From: Camelus ferus
Taxonomy: Eukaryota
Direction: 5' to 3'
Assembly: GCF_009834535.1 (NCBI RefSeq)
Contig: NC_045697.1
Coordinates: forward strand, 11,906,001 to 11,970,000
Length of the DNA: 64,000 bases
Shown: positions 1 through 15,995 of the stretch, one piece after another
Position numbering within the stretch: the stretch's first letter is position 1
Layout: every line of letters starts with the position of its first letter
Notes under the pieces: generated by a model
The model's input: the letters and a program-made list of their open reading frames with translations, nothing else
Told to the model about the DNA's origin: nothing
Database searches by the model: none
Program-made: the position numbers and the translations under genes

Positions 1-420
1 CACCCGGCATCTGGAGCTTACTCTGATGGGATTAGGGAGCCACTGAAGGCTCTACACAGGCGCGCTTTAGATGAGGACCTGAAGCCATCTGTGGTGGGCC
101 GTGGAGAGAGGCCTGGGCTGTGAGGAGTCACTGCGCTCAAATTATGGACAGGTAAGGAGGGGGCTGAGTCTGACCAGAAAGTTCAAGGAGAGTCAGCATC
201 TGGTGACAGAAAAGCAGCCCCCACCCATGGGAACAGGGAGGGCTGGACAGGGAGTCTGTCTGGGAAGGTGTTCGTGAAATCCCCTGCAGGCCCAAAGGAG
301 TAACCCCGACGGGCTGTCTCCAGGCCTGTCTGGCACCAACCCCCTGAGATGCTATTGTATCTGAATCAAAAATAACACACTGCACTTAAAACTTAAAGAT
401 GGGAGGCTGCAGGCTCATCA

Positions 421-807
<387 letters not shown>

Positions 808-1317
808 TCAAGAGAACAGTAACAACAGTATCATGTGTAGAGCATTAACTCTGCTAAACCCTAGACAACTATTTTCACTTAAGCCCTACAACCATGCTCT
901 CCAGGATCATCCTTCCCATCTGATGATGCGGGAAATGTTGACACTGCTGCCAACTCTTAAGGAGACAAAACATTCACAGGTTCTCCTCATGGGTATAACA
1001 AGGTCTTGGCTGGATTGTGGAGGCAGGAGATGACAGAGCTGACATGCGGTGAGCAGCACATACTGTCTAATAAAAACTCAACCAAGCAGCAGGTAGATCA
1101 TATTCATATATAGAGGTTAAGAAAATGCTCTTCCCAGAATTCTCTTAAGGAGAGCCCTGTCTGGGTTTGAAAAAAATGTTAAAAAGAAAAAAAAAGCCAA
1201 TACAGTCTTTAAAACTAGGCTGCAAATAAGGAGGGCATCTGTCTTGCTATTAAGAGTGGGAAAGAAGATGAGAGTAAAGGTAAAAATGAGGGAGAGCAAT
1301 GATCTACAACAATGAGA

Positions 1318-1445
1318 TGGATACTATTATTATTCCCATTTTACAGATAAGCAACTGAGTCACAGAGCAGTTAAGCAACTTGCCCAACGTCACACAGCTG
1401 GTGAGCATTAGAGCTGGGCTTCGAGCCCAGGCAATGTGGCTCTGG
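1318..1445 (-). mobile_element. MIR SINE fragment
   Basis: MIR core-like text: attattcccattttacagataagcaactgag...gttaagcaacttgcccaa.gtcacacagct. Many similar MIR pieces occur, e.g. ~5190-5400, 7480-7660, 13370-13560, 39880-40020, 42850-43050. Confidence 0.8.
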
Positions 1446-1814
1446 AGCTCTTTGCTGCCTCTGGTAACTTCCAGAAATCTTTGTGTGCTGGGTTTCTGCT
1501 GTGGGAACTGAAGAGGAGGCGAGTTTCGTGCTGGGGATAGCGTGGGGGCGGGGAAAGGACGCAGAGGAACGTGCAGGAGCCCGGAGGCCGAAGTCCCCGA
1601 ATTTGCAGAAACCTTCAGAATGGAAACGAGAGGTTGAGGCCATCTCATTAAACTCTCCTGAAGGCTCAGAGATCTGGCTTATGTTCCGTGACGATGCTGC
1701 TGACGTTACCTGCACTCACTGGTCTCATGCTATACGCTAAGCATTTTAGATTTAACATCTCATCAAACCCATACAACGCTTCTATGAGTTCGGGACAAGT
1801 GTGACTAAATTTTA

Positions 1815-2219
<405 letters not shown>

Positions 2220-2523
2220 TTACTCAGCCGCGTACTTAACGTGGATCATGTCTTTTGATGCTTTCAGTGGTCATGCAAGGTACATGCCATGAGCTATCAT
2301 TTGATGAATGAGGCACCTGAGGCACAAGGAAGCCGAGGGACGGCCTAAGCTCCCAACCCCTGTCAGGGGCAGACCCAGAATTTGGCCCCAGGCATCCCAC
2401 CCTGAACCACAACCTGTATGGCTGTATGTCTGCTCTCTCCAACGAGAATGGCAACCTGAGTCTTTATATATATATATATTTCACATAATAGAGTAGTATC
2501 CTATTCTATATTTATCTATCTAT

Positions 2524-2961
2524 CCATAAAAAGAATGAAATCATGCCATTTTCAGAAACATGGATGGACCTAGAGATTATCATACTAAGTGAAGTAAGTC
2601 AGAGAAAGACAAATATCATGATGTTAATTATATATGGAATCTAAAAAAGATCATACAACTGAACTTATTTACAAAACAGAAACAGACTCACAGACATAGA
2701 AAGTAAACTTACAGTTACCAAAGGGGAAAGGTGTGGGGAGGGATAAATTAAGAGTTTGGGATTAGCAGATAAAAACTACTATATATAATATAGGTAAACA
2801 ACAAGTTCCTACTACATAGCACAGAGAACTATCTTCAGTAACTTGTAACAACCTATAATGAAAAAGAATATATACATGTATAACTGAATCACTGTGCTGT
2901 ACACCAGAAACTAATGCAACATTGCAAATCAACTATACTTCAATTAAAAAAAAAAAAAAAA
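2524..2961 (+). mobile_element. 5'-truncated lineage-specific L1 3' end with poly(A)
   Basis: ccataaaaagaatgaaatcatgccatt...atggatggacctagagattatcatactaagtgaagtaagtcag...tatacttcaatt followed by an A-run at 2946-2961. Same family as the copies at 45480, 57670 and 59710. Confidence 0.88.
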
Positions 2962-2964
2962 GCA

Positions 2965-3130
2965 ATTGCCAGAACCAGGAAGCCTCCTTTCTCCTGCAAG
3001 GTGCCTCCAGCGCCCTCTACTGACAAAGCCTAACATTGTGCTCTTCATAAAGAGGAGAAATGCTTAAATCACCATTGCAAGCAGGTACGGAAGGGTGAAT
3101 TGAGAACTGAGAGGCATAAATTTATAACAG
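2965..3130 (+). mobile_element. Old ERVL-type LTR fragment (LTR41-like) carrying a CTCF-like motif
   Basis: cctccagcgccctctactgacaaagcctaacattgtgc...gaactgagaggcataaatttataac resembles the LTR41 3' end as I recall it. Confidence 0.55.
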
Positions 3131-3199
3131 AAGGTAAATTTCCTAATATTTCATATTAATGATGATATTTTTATTCAATGATCACACTTGTTAATAGTT

Positions 3200-4600
3200 T
3201 TAATTTAATTGGTCAAAATTGCTTCATTATCTCCTAGCTTCCCTGTTGCTGTTGAGATGTCTGGCGATGTTCAGATTCAAGCACCTTGAGCTGGTATCAC
3301 TTTTCCTCACTGGGAGCTTTTAGAATTTCTTCTGTTTCGCAGGTGTTCTGGAGTTTCGGGATGAGCCCAGGTAGGGGGGTCTTCTCATTTCCTTCTAGGA
3401 ATTTCATTCTGTTATTTCTTTGAAAATGTCCTCCCCTCCATTATCTCTTTCTGGAACTCCTATCTGTTAGATGTCAGCCTCCTGGGCTGAGTTTCTACAC
3501 TTCTTGTTCCTTCTCTCCCATCATCCATTTCTTTGTCTTTCTACTTTGCTTTCTGGAAGATTTCTTTATTTTTTACATTTCAACTCATTTACTGATTTTT
3601 TAGGATTTCTACTATCCTACTTTTTTTTAATTTAAAAAGAGCTCTTTCTTGCTCTAATTGTCCCCTCCTTTGCAAATAACACGTTGTCCTTGTTTCATGG
3701 ATGCAAATCTAATCCTTAATTCTGAGGATATAAATCCTTATTGAATTTTTCTTTTTCTGTTCCCTGCATTAACTATTTCCTTTGAACTCATTCTTTTCCT
3801 CTTGATTATCCTGGATTCCAACTCCCCCATTAGAGGCTTTCTCAAAAGTTTAGTAATCTTTGGCTGTCTCTTCGTATTTAAGAGTGGGTCACTGGAGGCT
3901 ATTTGGAAGCTCCACCTCTGCCTGGGGTGGCATGGGTGGCGGGGCGGATGTCTGTGGGATGGTGTGCTCCTCTGGGGATCTAAGTTCTAGCTGCTCAGTT
4001 TCCGGAGCTGTGCAGGAGAAGGCATCGCTGGGGGCGGGACAGACGTGGCAGTAGTCTGTCTAATAATGGCTCAGTAAGCAGATTTTCACCTAAACGTGTT
4101 CCCAGACCCAAGCATCATCCCAGCCTCTGAGACTGATTATTTCTTAATTCAAAGTCTTTCTTTGGCTTAGTTTATCCAGGGCTTCCCCCCTTCTCTCCTC
4201 CCCTGTCTCCTGTCCTTAAACAAGAGAATAAATAATTGCTTGACTGTGCTGGGTGGGCTGGAATCTGGGCTTTGAGGTAAGTCATATGCTCCGTCTCACT
4301 CTTGCCTTCCATTTTAACTGGTGCCTCCAACTCCTGGCCTTTCTGAGCTCTGCTGTCAGCTTGATTCTTATCATTCTCTATCTCCAGGCACTCTGGCCTG
4401 AGCTTCTCTGCTCTGCAAGGTCATATGCCATTTCCCCATTTGCTTTCTGTGTTCATGTATGTGGTTCGAGTGTACAGATGTCTCCTCGCTTCATCTGAAC
4501 AGAATATGCTTCCACTGTGTGTCTTTATTGTTAGATTGTTTCCAATAGAAAAGAATTTAAAAGATTTTACTCTACCACCTTAAAACCAGAAATCTCATGT
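3200..4600 (-). mobile_element. Degenerate old L1 fragment
   Basis: T-rich antisense L1-like text (ttatctctttctggaactcctatctgttagatgt...). Highly diverged. Confidence 0.5.
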
Positions 4601-5303
4601 TTTTTCATTTGACCAGCTGGACATCTCAAAGAAGTAGGCATCAATATCCCCAATTTATAGAAGAGGAAATTAAACTTGAGACGTTAATTCAGTGAGAAGC
4701 TTGACTATATGCCTACTCTGAGCTTGGAGAGGATTCAGTGATGAACAGGCAGATACGGTTCCTGGCCTCAAGGAGCTTCCAGTCTGGTGGATTTGATCAT
4801 ATAAAGAAGGAATTAGTTAGAGGGTAAAGACTGCTGTGGCCTCATCTCAGGAAAGAGCAGGGAGGGGAGGCCTTCAGAGAAAGCAGAAGGTAGATGACAG
4901 GTGGCAAGGGCTTGACCCTCCCTGCTGGGTCACACATCTTCATGGCCTGACTGCTCCATCACTGCTTTCCAAGCCCTTCAGGTCTTTTCTGCTGAGCTAA
5001 TCTTTCAACACTGGGCCACCCTCCCACCCTCCCCTTTTCAGCTGCCAGGCTGAGCCTGACTTCTCAGCACACATCATGCACAACATGGCCCAAGTCATGA
5101 GAGCAAGTTGTTCTTAAGATACCAGGGTCACGTGCAGATCGGGAAAAGCAGTACCAGAAGCTCAGCAGACCTGAATCTGTATCCTTGCATCCTTGCTTTG
5201 CCACTTGCTAGCTGTGTGACCCTGAGAAAAATTACTGAACCTCTCTGAGCCTCTTTCCTCATCCAGGAAAAGGGAATTTGATAATAATGACTCTGTACGA
5301 TTA

Positions 5304-6562
<1,259 letters not shown>

Positions 6563-9500
6563 TCAAAATCACAAAAGATCCCAGGCTGGAAATGACATGA
6601 CCACCCTGATAACATCTCAGCTGCTCGGGCTGGGAGGAGGGAGCTCCACAGGCAGCTAGGGGAACAAGAGACATCTTACCTAGATATAAAAACGCAACTT
6701 GACAAATTCTAAGTGCTGTTGTACTTGGCATATTGTCAAGATTCAGCTGGAACCACCAGATACCTGCTTCGGTGGATGCTGAATAAAAGGCGATCAATTG
6801 TCAGAATGACTGAAAGCTTAGGGCTACTTATATGGGGTCCTTGGGGAATTCAAAAGAAGATGTCTCTAAGGTCTAATTTCACAACTCTTCCTGCACATGG
6901 AAAAAATAATGAAACAATGATGCTCCACTTGAATACAGTACTTTACACTTTTCAAAGCGCACTCATAACTTTTATGGCTGTCCCCAAGCACACATAGGAG
7001 GATTATAAATAGGCCTTTATGTGTTTGTAGCAGGAAAAAGACGACGCTGGTTTAAAGCTGCAGTAGTCTCTGCGTTCTAGAACAGATGCTGACAAATATT
7101 TTTGGAGGAGGCTTTCTCGTACTCAGTTCCAAGCTTTTAAAACAGCTGAGAAGCTCAAATGGGATTGGCTGAGATTGTAAAGTTAAGTATTTATCCTGTT
7201 TAACAACGTAAAAGGATGCCACACAGAGGGCCTCTCTGCGGTGACTGCTGGGACGTTGGTGCCGTTTTGCTTCCTCTGCCAAAGACATCAGGCCAGAGGC
7301 TCAGAGGTTAGGGAGCTGGGGCCCTGGACTGTGAAGAAAGGCCATGAGAGGGGAGGCTCTGGCTTGGCAGAGATGAGAAGGCCCAGCATTGTGGACAGTC
7401 CGAGGGAACCCCTGGGAGGAAGGGCAGGATGCCAGGACAGCACAGCAAAGTGGTCGGGAGCATGGGCACCAGCGCTGGGCTGCCCAGGTTCACGCTCCAG
7501 CCCTGCTGCGCTGCTGTGCGACCCTGAGTGAGCTCGTTAACCTGGCTGGGCTCCCTCATCTCAACATGCGGTTCATACTGGTCCCTTGCACATGGATTGC
7601 TACAGGATTAATAGGGCAAATACCTAAAACCGCTTAACACTGTGTCTGGCACATAGTAATAATCATATAAAGAACTGACCAAACGTTTAAGAAAGAGAGG
7701 CTTCTTTCTCTGCATCTTAATTCTCAAAAAAGTTATCCTCAACTTTTTTGAAGATGTGCTAAACATAATCGTATTTAAGGAGCAGTAAAGGGGAGATACC
7801 TTGGTCTGAAACAAACCAAGGGTTAGGAGACAGCCAGAGGTGATCAAGTCACCCAGTCTAGTGCAAGGGTGACAAATGACAGTAGCAGGTCGGAGGTGTG
7901 AAACAGGTAAACTCTCCCTCGCGATCCCTGGGGAGGGGACTGGACTTTCTCCCAGGGCCCAGTCGTTTTTTTTTTTAAATGTTATATTGAGGTAAAGTTT
8001 ACAGTAGTGAAGTGCACAGACCTCATGTGTACAATTGAATGAGCTTTGACAAATGTACACAACCATAATACCAACACTACACTCAAAATATAGAACATTT
8101 TCATCACCCAGAAACCTCTCTTGCATCCTCTTCCAGTCAATCTGCCGTCCATAGGCAGCCAAGGCTTTGATTTCCATCACCACAGATTAGTTTTGCCTGA
8201 TCTGAAGCATCATACAGGCAGAATCATGTGGTACATACTCTGCTGTGTCTGGCTTCTTGGGCCGTACATGATGTCTCTGGGACTCAACCATGCTGCTGTA
8301 AATGTCAGTAGTTCCTGTTTTTGTTGTTGAGTAGTATTTCATTACATGAATTTACCATGGTTTACCCACTTTCCTACTGATAGACAGTTCAATTGTTTAC
8401 ACTTTAGTATGAATAAAGCTGTTAGAAATATTCTTGTACAAATATTTTCATGGATACATGTTTCCATTTCTTTTGCTTAAACACCTAGGATTGGAATTAC
8501 TGGTAGGTATACACTTAACTTTTTAAGAAACTAATAAATGGTTTCCCAAAGTGGTTGCACCATTTTACACTCCCACCGACAATGCATGAAAGTTCCAGTT
8601 GCTCTTCATCATTGGCAGCATTTTGTGTTGTCAGTCTTTTCATTGTAGCCACTCTGGTAGGTGGGAAATGGTATCTCGTTGTGGTTTCAAGTTGCACTTT
8701 GCCGATGACTAATGATGTTGAGCACATATTCATGGGCTTATGGACCATCTTATATCTTTTTTATGGAAGTGTCTCCTCAAGCATTTTGCCCATTTAAAAA
8801 GTAGGCTGGCTTTTTATTGTTGATTTATATAGGTCAGTGGCTTGTCTATTCATTTTCTCAGTGGTATTTTTTAATAAGCAGAAATTTTAATTTGGATGAA
8901 GACCAATTTATGAATTTTTTCTTTATTAGTGTTTTCATGTCCTAAGAAATCATTTCCTACTCCAAATTTGCAACAATATTCTCCTATGCATTATAGTTTT
9001 AGCTTTTATGTTTAGATCTATGAAACAAATTAATTTTTATGCATAGGGTGAAGCAGAGGCTGATGTCCATTTTTTCTCATATGTTTATGAGTTCTAACAC
9101 CATTCGTTGGAAAACTTTTCCTCTCTCCATTGAATTGCTTCAGCACCTTTAACAAAAATTAATCAGACATTTTTGAGCAGGCCTATTTTCCAGGCCCTCC
9201 ATTAGTTACCACTGATCTACTTGCCTATCTGTACATTGATATCAGATAGTCTTTATTACTCTAGCTTCATTGTGTCTTGAAATTAGGAAAGTCTGAGTCC
9301 TCCAGCTTTGTTCTTTAAGATTTTTTTCTTTATCTAGCTCCTTTGTTTTTCCATATCTATATTCAAGCAGCTTATTTACTTCTATAAAAAGAAATATTGG
9401 GATTTTATAAGGGATTGAACTGAATCTATAACTTAATTTAGAGTAAATTAAGATCTTAACAATATTGAGTATTTCAATCATAATCATTCTGTCTGTAAAT

Positions 9501-10410
9501 AAAAACATTTTTACTATTTCTTTTTAATTTGTAGTCTTTTTTCTTGCTTTATAGGACTGGCTAGGACCTTCAGGTCAATGTTACATAATAAGAGCAGAAT
9601 TTTTGCCTTTTTCCCAATTTTAGGAGGTATGTGTCCAACATTTCACTGTTAAGCATGTCAGTTTATCATATCACAGTTCATCACAGATGACATTTCTCAG
9701 GTCGAAGAAGGTGTCTTCTATTCATGGATTGCAGAGTTTTCATTATGAAAGGATGTTAACTTGTCAAATGCTTTTGTGCATCGATTGAAATGATTATATA
9801 TTTTTCCTCTTTATTTTTAATGTGGTGAATTATATAATTGCCTTTCAAATTTCAAACCAATCATGCATTCCTGGAATAAATTCTATTTGGCTATGATGTA
9901 TTATTCTTTTTCTATATTGCTTGATTTGATTTTCAAACATTTTGTTGAGGATTTTCCATTCATGAAGAATATTAGTTTGTCTATATTGATGAATGTTCTA
10001 TGTGCCTTGAAAAAAATTTATTCTGTAGTTGTTCAGCATATTGTCTATATTGATTAGACTAAGTTAGTTGATAGTGTTGTTCAAATCTTCTATGTCCTTA
10101 CTGATATTAGTCTAGTTGTTCAAATACTCAGAAAAGGGTGTCAAAATCTCCAACTATGGCTGTAGATTTCTTCATTTAATTCTCAGTATTTGCCTCATTA
10201 TTTTTAGAGCTCTGTTACTAGGCAATACACATTCAGGACTGTTACGTCTTCCAGATGAACTGACCCGTTTACCACTATGAAACATCTCTTTTTAATTCCT
10301 GGTAAAATTCCTTGTTCTGAAGTCTACTTTAATATGAGTACAGCCATATAAGTGTCCTTACATTTCATATTTGCATGGTATATCCTTAGCCTTTTTAGCT
10401 CAAACCTATC

Positions 10411-10800
10411 TGTGCCTGCATTAGAGCTGCCATAACAAAACACCACAGACTGGGTGGCTTTAAAAGCAGAGATTTGTTTTCTCATAATTCTGAAGGCTAG
10501 AACTCCAAGATCAAAGTGTCAGCAGGTTTGGTTTTCCTAGGGCCTCTGTTCTGAAGCTTGCAGATAGCAAATTTCCGTCACCCTCTTCTCATGTGATTGT
10601 CCCTCTCTCTGCGTTACCAGTGTGCTTATCTCCTCTTCTTATAAGGACACCAGTCATCTTGGGTCAGGACCACCCAATGACTCTATTTTAACTCAATCAC
10701 CTTTTTAAAGTCCTACCTCTAAATACATTCCCATTCTAACACATTGGGTGTTAGGGCTTCCTGTGTGAATTTGAGGGGGTGCACCATTCGGCCCATAACA
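10411..10800 (-). mobile_element. MaLR (MLT1-type) LTR nested in L1
   Basis: gctgccataacaaaacaccacagactgggtggctt...tccaagatcaaagtgtcagcagg...cattcggcccataaca. Confidence 0.85.
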
Positions 10801-12508
10801 GTGTCTTTATACTTAAACATCTCTCCCCCAGACAGCACATATTAACGTCTTGCTTTTTTATCCTCTCTGGCAATCTCTTTCTTTTAGATGACGTGTTTGC
10901 TTCACTTACCTTGTAATTATTAAAATGATTTGGCTTAAATCTACATCTTCCTCTTTGTTTTCTATTTGCCCAATTCCTTTTCTTATAGTTCGTCTTCTGT
11001 TCTTCTTTTTCTACCTTCCTACCTAACAAATATGCTTTAGTATTCCATTTTAGTTCTTTGACTGGATTTTTAAGCTCTTCTTTGTATTAATGTTTAATAT
11101 TGCTCTATGGATTATAATTTATATCCCTAATTTATCAGAGTCTACTTAGAGTTAATATTGTAACTCTTCATATAAAATGTAAGTCCCTTATAACACTATA
11201 ATCCCATTAATCCTATCCCTGTCCTCTGTGCTAGTTTGTCCATATATTATTCAACTACCTGCATTATGAACTCCGAAATATAATGTTTTTATTACTATTA
11301 AGCAGTTAGATGTCTTTTAAAGAAATTAACAGAAGGAAAAACAGTAGTTTTTTACATCTACTATACACCTACCACTTCTGATGCTCCTTCATTTTCTCTT
11401 GTTGATCCAAGTTTAAATTTGATATTATTTCCTTTCAGCTTTAATAAATTCCATTACCATTTATCTTATTTCATCTTGGCTGATAAAAAATTCTCTTAGC
11501 TTTCATGTACCTGAAAAAGTTTTATTTCACTCTCAATTTTGAAGGCTATTTTCCCTAGGTTTAAATTTGGACTTGACAAGTTTGTTTTTTTTTTTCTTTT
11601 CTTTTAGTACTTTAATGATACTGCTCCACAGTGTTCTGGCTTTCAGAAGAAAATGAGGCGGGAAGGCTGATGAGAAGTCACTTGTCATCTGTATTCATGA
11701 GAAGTCAATTCTACCTTGTAATTTGTCTTTTTAAAAAGCTGTCTGCTTTTTAACATTTTCGGGGAGATATATTTTGCTTTCAGCAGATTTTCTATGATGT
11801 ATCTAGGCATTGTTGTCTTTGGATTTATCCTGTGGGGAGTTCACTGAGCTTCTTGACTATATAAATCGATGACCCACAACAAGCTGGGGGAATTTTCAGT
11901 CATTATTTTTCCAAATATTTTTTCTTGTTCCATTTTCTTTCCCATTTTTCTCTTGGGCTCCAAATATATGCATATTAGGCCATTTGATATTGTCCCACAA
12001 GTCACTAAGAGTCGCTTCATTTTTTAAAAATCTTTTTTCCCTTCATTCTCTGGACAAGGCAGTTTCTACTGATCTGTCTTCAAGTCATTAACTTTTCTTC
12101 CATAATTTTAATTTGCTGTTAAGCCTGTTCACTGAGGTTTCCATTTTGGCTATTGTACTTTACAGTTTTAGAATTTCCACTATTTCAAGGTTTTTACTTC
12201 TCTGCTGAAATTCCCTATTTGCTCACTCATTATAACAATCTTTTCTTTTATGTCCTTGAACATAACTCATACAATTGCTTTAAAGTCCTTGTCTGCTAAT
12301 TCCACTATCCAGGTCATTTTAGGGCTTACTTCTATTGGCTTTTTTTCTTGATTACCAGTCATACTGTTCTGCTTTATTGCTTGTTTCATGTTTCCATCAA
12401 ATGCTCAGTATTGTAGATAATAGAATGTAGGGACGCTGGTTTATGTCTTCCTTTCAAAAGTGTTAAGTTTTGTTATGACAGGCAGTTAAATTACTGAAGG
12501 CTCTTTCT

Positions 12509-12564
12509 TTTTTTTTTTAACATTTTTTATTGATTTATAATCATTTTACAGTGTTGTGTCAAAT
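12509..12564 (-). mobile_element. 56-bp L1 3' tip with exact 14-bp TSD
   Basis: tgaaggctctttct at 12495-12508 and 12565-12578 flanks poly(T) plus the L1 terminus. Confidence 0.85.
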
Positions 12565-14597
12565 TGAAGGCTCTTTCTGATCCTTTTATGCTTGGATTTG
12601 TCTTTTGTTAGAGCAGGTACATTTCAACACTGTCCTTTGTTCTAGGGTGTGGCCCTTATCCTATAGGGTATGTTTCTTACTCCTAAAGTGTGACTTTTCT
12701 GAGGTCTCTACTAAATGTCTATGGAGATTAGAAAGGCCTTTTAATTCTGGCTAAGATGGGACTCCAGTGTCTCCCAGCACGGCATGACCTCTGGTATCTC
12801 CATTTTTCTCGGCCCTATGGCAGCAGCCCACTCCTAGGATTCATGGAGTCTCATCTTGTACATGCTCACTCAAGCCCTTGGCAAGGACCTGTGGAAACGC
12901 TCATAGATTTCTGCCCTCTCTCCCCCTGCATAGGATTCTCTCTTTTGGCACCCTGTCTTACAAATGCCAGCCACTTTAGTAGCCTTGAGCCTGGATATCT
13001 GCCTCCTCAGCCCAGCCTGCCTCCACTGGATGATTCTCGGCATGTGGTTGGCACTGTCTCCAGGCGGAAAGGCAGGAGCAAATGTGGGGTGATCGTGGGA
13101 TTCAACACATGTTTCCCTTCCGAAGAACACTGTCCTTCTCTGCATAGCATCTCATTACTCAAGAGAGCCATCTCATTTATTTTGTTCAGTTTTATAGTTG
13201 TTTCTAGAAAGAGGGAAAGTCTAGCACCAGTTACTCTGTGTTGGCTGGAAGTGGACATTTCAGTTATTACTGAGTATTAAAAGAGAAAGTGATCTTGGAA
13301 AAGTAAAAGACCTGTGGAATTTCATGTTGCACATAAGAACAGTTGCCCTAAGTTGACATGTGGTTAAAAGTATAAGTTCTGGAGCCAGAGAGACTATCAT
13401 CTGGATGCTGTCATCTGCTGGCGTGTAAACTTGGGCAAGTTATTTAACCTCTCTGGTCCTCAATTTCCCTCATCTTTAAAACGAAGTAGGTAAGTCAATA
13501 ACAGTATCACCTAAAGAAGATTAAATGGGTTAATCCTTTAAGTGTGCTTGTCATACTCCAACATTCAGTATATATTTTTATCATCATCCATATTTCCTGG
13601 AACACTAATGGGAATTTCTGTCTGACTGCATTTTATTTCCCCCAGCTCCCTCCTATCGTAAAAATCTGATCCTAGCTCTGACAAAGCAAGCCATAGCTGA
13701 CTCTCTTCACTTCCCTGCCCCCATTAAAGTTGATTCTAACCTGCTACCCCCACAACCTTAAATTAACAGCCAAAGGAAAAGCCACCACTCTCTTAAAGCC
13801 ACCATGCCAGAAGTTCCCTGACAAGCATCCTTCAAAGGGTTACCTACTAAATATGAAGTCCCATCCCTAAAGAAATCAATGCGTTTGTTCTGTCCTGCAG
13901 TCTCCGACCTTAGCTCTTTCTATTCCTTTCTCATCACTGCTCAGCCCTTCCACCCCAACTAAAACCTCTGTGAAAGAAGCCTCCAGACACCACAATTCCT
14001 TATCTGCTTCTACAGTTGAGGAATCCCCTTACCAATATAGCTACCTGTGAGAAAAAGACGTTGTTGTGACCACCACCTGCTGTTGGTCTTCCCAGCATCC
14101 TCTCCCTGGGGAAGCCATTCCTCTTTCCATGGTGATCCTGTTTAGTTCACAAGGTTCTGGTGCAGCTAACTGTGTCCTCATCCCCAGGTGGCCCCAGGGA
14201 AGGGCCTTTAACACATACCTGGCCCATCAGAGCCAGGCATCTCCTTGGCCAGAATGATGGGCTCAGGGATGGACATGTGACCCAGGCTGGGCTCCTTAGA
14301 AGCCTCTCTGAAATTCTGCCAATATTTTCAGGGTAAAGATTACTTGTTTCCCTTTGGAACTGTGGGTTTTAAACAGGATTTGTGACTGCCAGTGGTAACT
14401 GACAGTACCAGCACTTAGTCTGGAGGCCTGACCCCAGAGTCTGTCTCCTTTAACTGCTGTGGTTACATACCTCATAGATCCTGAGACAGAATCTGGAGGG
14501 AGCCGTGTAAGCCTTATTAGCTGGAGAGTTCCCTGCACTGTAGGTGCTTGACCCTGCCATTGACATGACTTAGGGGTACAGGCTCTGCTTCCTCAAT

Positions 14598-14960
14598 GTT
14601 ATGTTCTGAATCTTTCTGTCCCCTCAAAATTCATACTTTGAAGCCTATTGCCCAATATAATTGTATTAAGAAATGGGGCCTTTGTAAGGTGATTAGGTCA
14701 TGATGGTGAAGCTCTCGTGAATGGGATTAATGCCTTTATAAAAGGGGTCCTAGACAGCTCCCTTGCCCCTTCCACCTTGTGAAGACACAGTGAATGATGC
14801 CTTCTACGAACCAGAAAGTAAGCCTGTATCCATCACAGAATCTGCCATCACCTTGACCTTGGATTTTCCAGCCTCCAGACCTGTGACAAATAAATTTCAG
14901 TTGTTTATAAGCCACCCAGTCTATGGAATTTTGCTAAGCAGCCCAGATGGACTATGACAA
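14598..14960 (+). mobile_element. MaLR (MLT1-type) LTR
   Basis: tgttatgttctgaat...cccctcaaaattcata...ttccagcctccagacctgtgacaaataaattt...gcagcccagatggactatgaca. Confidence 0.85.
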
Positions 14961-15150
14961 CCCACTGCTTAGAGAGCTGCCAGATGGGAGCAGGGCTTCC
15001 CTGTCATCTGTCAGGACCACATACAAGCTGCTTATTAATGTGGGGCAGTGGATTATAACTGTGGTGGCCTCAGAGTCACCTGGGAAGCTTCCTCAAAACA
15101 CATGGGGCTGGGACGTACCAAGACCTCCTGTATCAGAATCTTGTGAGCTG

Positions 15151-15995
15151 GTGTGACAGACTGTAATTGTTCAGCAAATCTTCACTCTTCCCTTCCTCTG
15201 CCTTGTGTGGTCTATGAACTGAATTGTTTCTCCCAAAATTCACATGTTGAAGCCCTAATCAGCAATGTGATCATACCTGGAAATGAGGGCTTTGAGAGGT
15301 AATTAGGTTATGAGGGTGGAGCCCTCACGGTGAGATTAGTGCCCTTATAAGAAGAGACACAGGAGGGACCTCCCTGCAACACCAACTGCCGCCTCTCTCG
15401 TCTCCACATGAGGACACATCAAGAGGATGGCCCCGTGCAAGCCAGGGAGAGAGCTCTCACCAGGAACTGATAGGGCCACCCCCTTGATCTTGGACTTCCC
15501 AGCCTCCAGAACTGTGAGACATCATCCTCTGTAGTTTAGGCCACCCAGTGCACGGTACTGTTATAGCTGCCCAGGCTGACTAAGACATGTGGGGGGCCTA
15601 GTCTCTGCCCAGGGATATTAGTTTTTGTCATGTGACTCACTTTGGCCAATGGAATGTGGGTAGAAATGAGACAGTGCAGTTCTGAGTGTAGGCTTTAAGA
15701 GGCATTGTATGATTCCATCAGCTTTTCTGACCTTCTTCCCTTTACCATGACAACAACATGCCCTAGATAGAGGCTAATCCATCAGTCTCAGACCCAGAAT
15801 GAGAAGGCATCTGGAGCGGACTTAAACTCTACCCGTGGTTTGGGGCAGAGCAATAACACCTGACTGTCAGCCAGGAGCTAACCTTATATAAGGCCAGCAA
15901 AGCTTAGCAGAGCCAAGAATAAAGATAGCTGACCTATTAGTTAATCACTGGTATTTGGGAAATGTTTGTTACAGTAGCATAAGCTGACTAATACA
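15151..15995 (+). mobile_element. Older MLT1-type LTR with a second MLT1 LTR nested at ~15207-15587
   Basis: Inner copy runs tgtggtctatgaactgaattgtttctcccaaaattcacatgttgaagccctaa...gactaagaca. Outer copy ends gtagcataagctgactaataca. Confidence 0.7.

Larger units (their letters stand above)
7966..13260 (-). mobile_element. Long decayed L1M-type element (antisense on +), with nested insertions
   Basis: Starts with poly(T) and the L1 3' end (ttattgaggtaaagtttacagtagtgaagtgcacaga). ORF 8515..8748(-) gives ORF2 C-terminal-like remnants (TTRYHFPPTRVATMK...VKWCNHFGK). AT-rich throughout. Confidence 0.8.
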
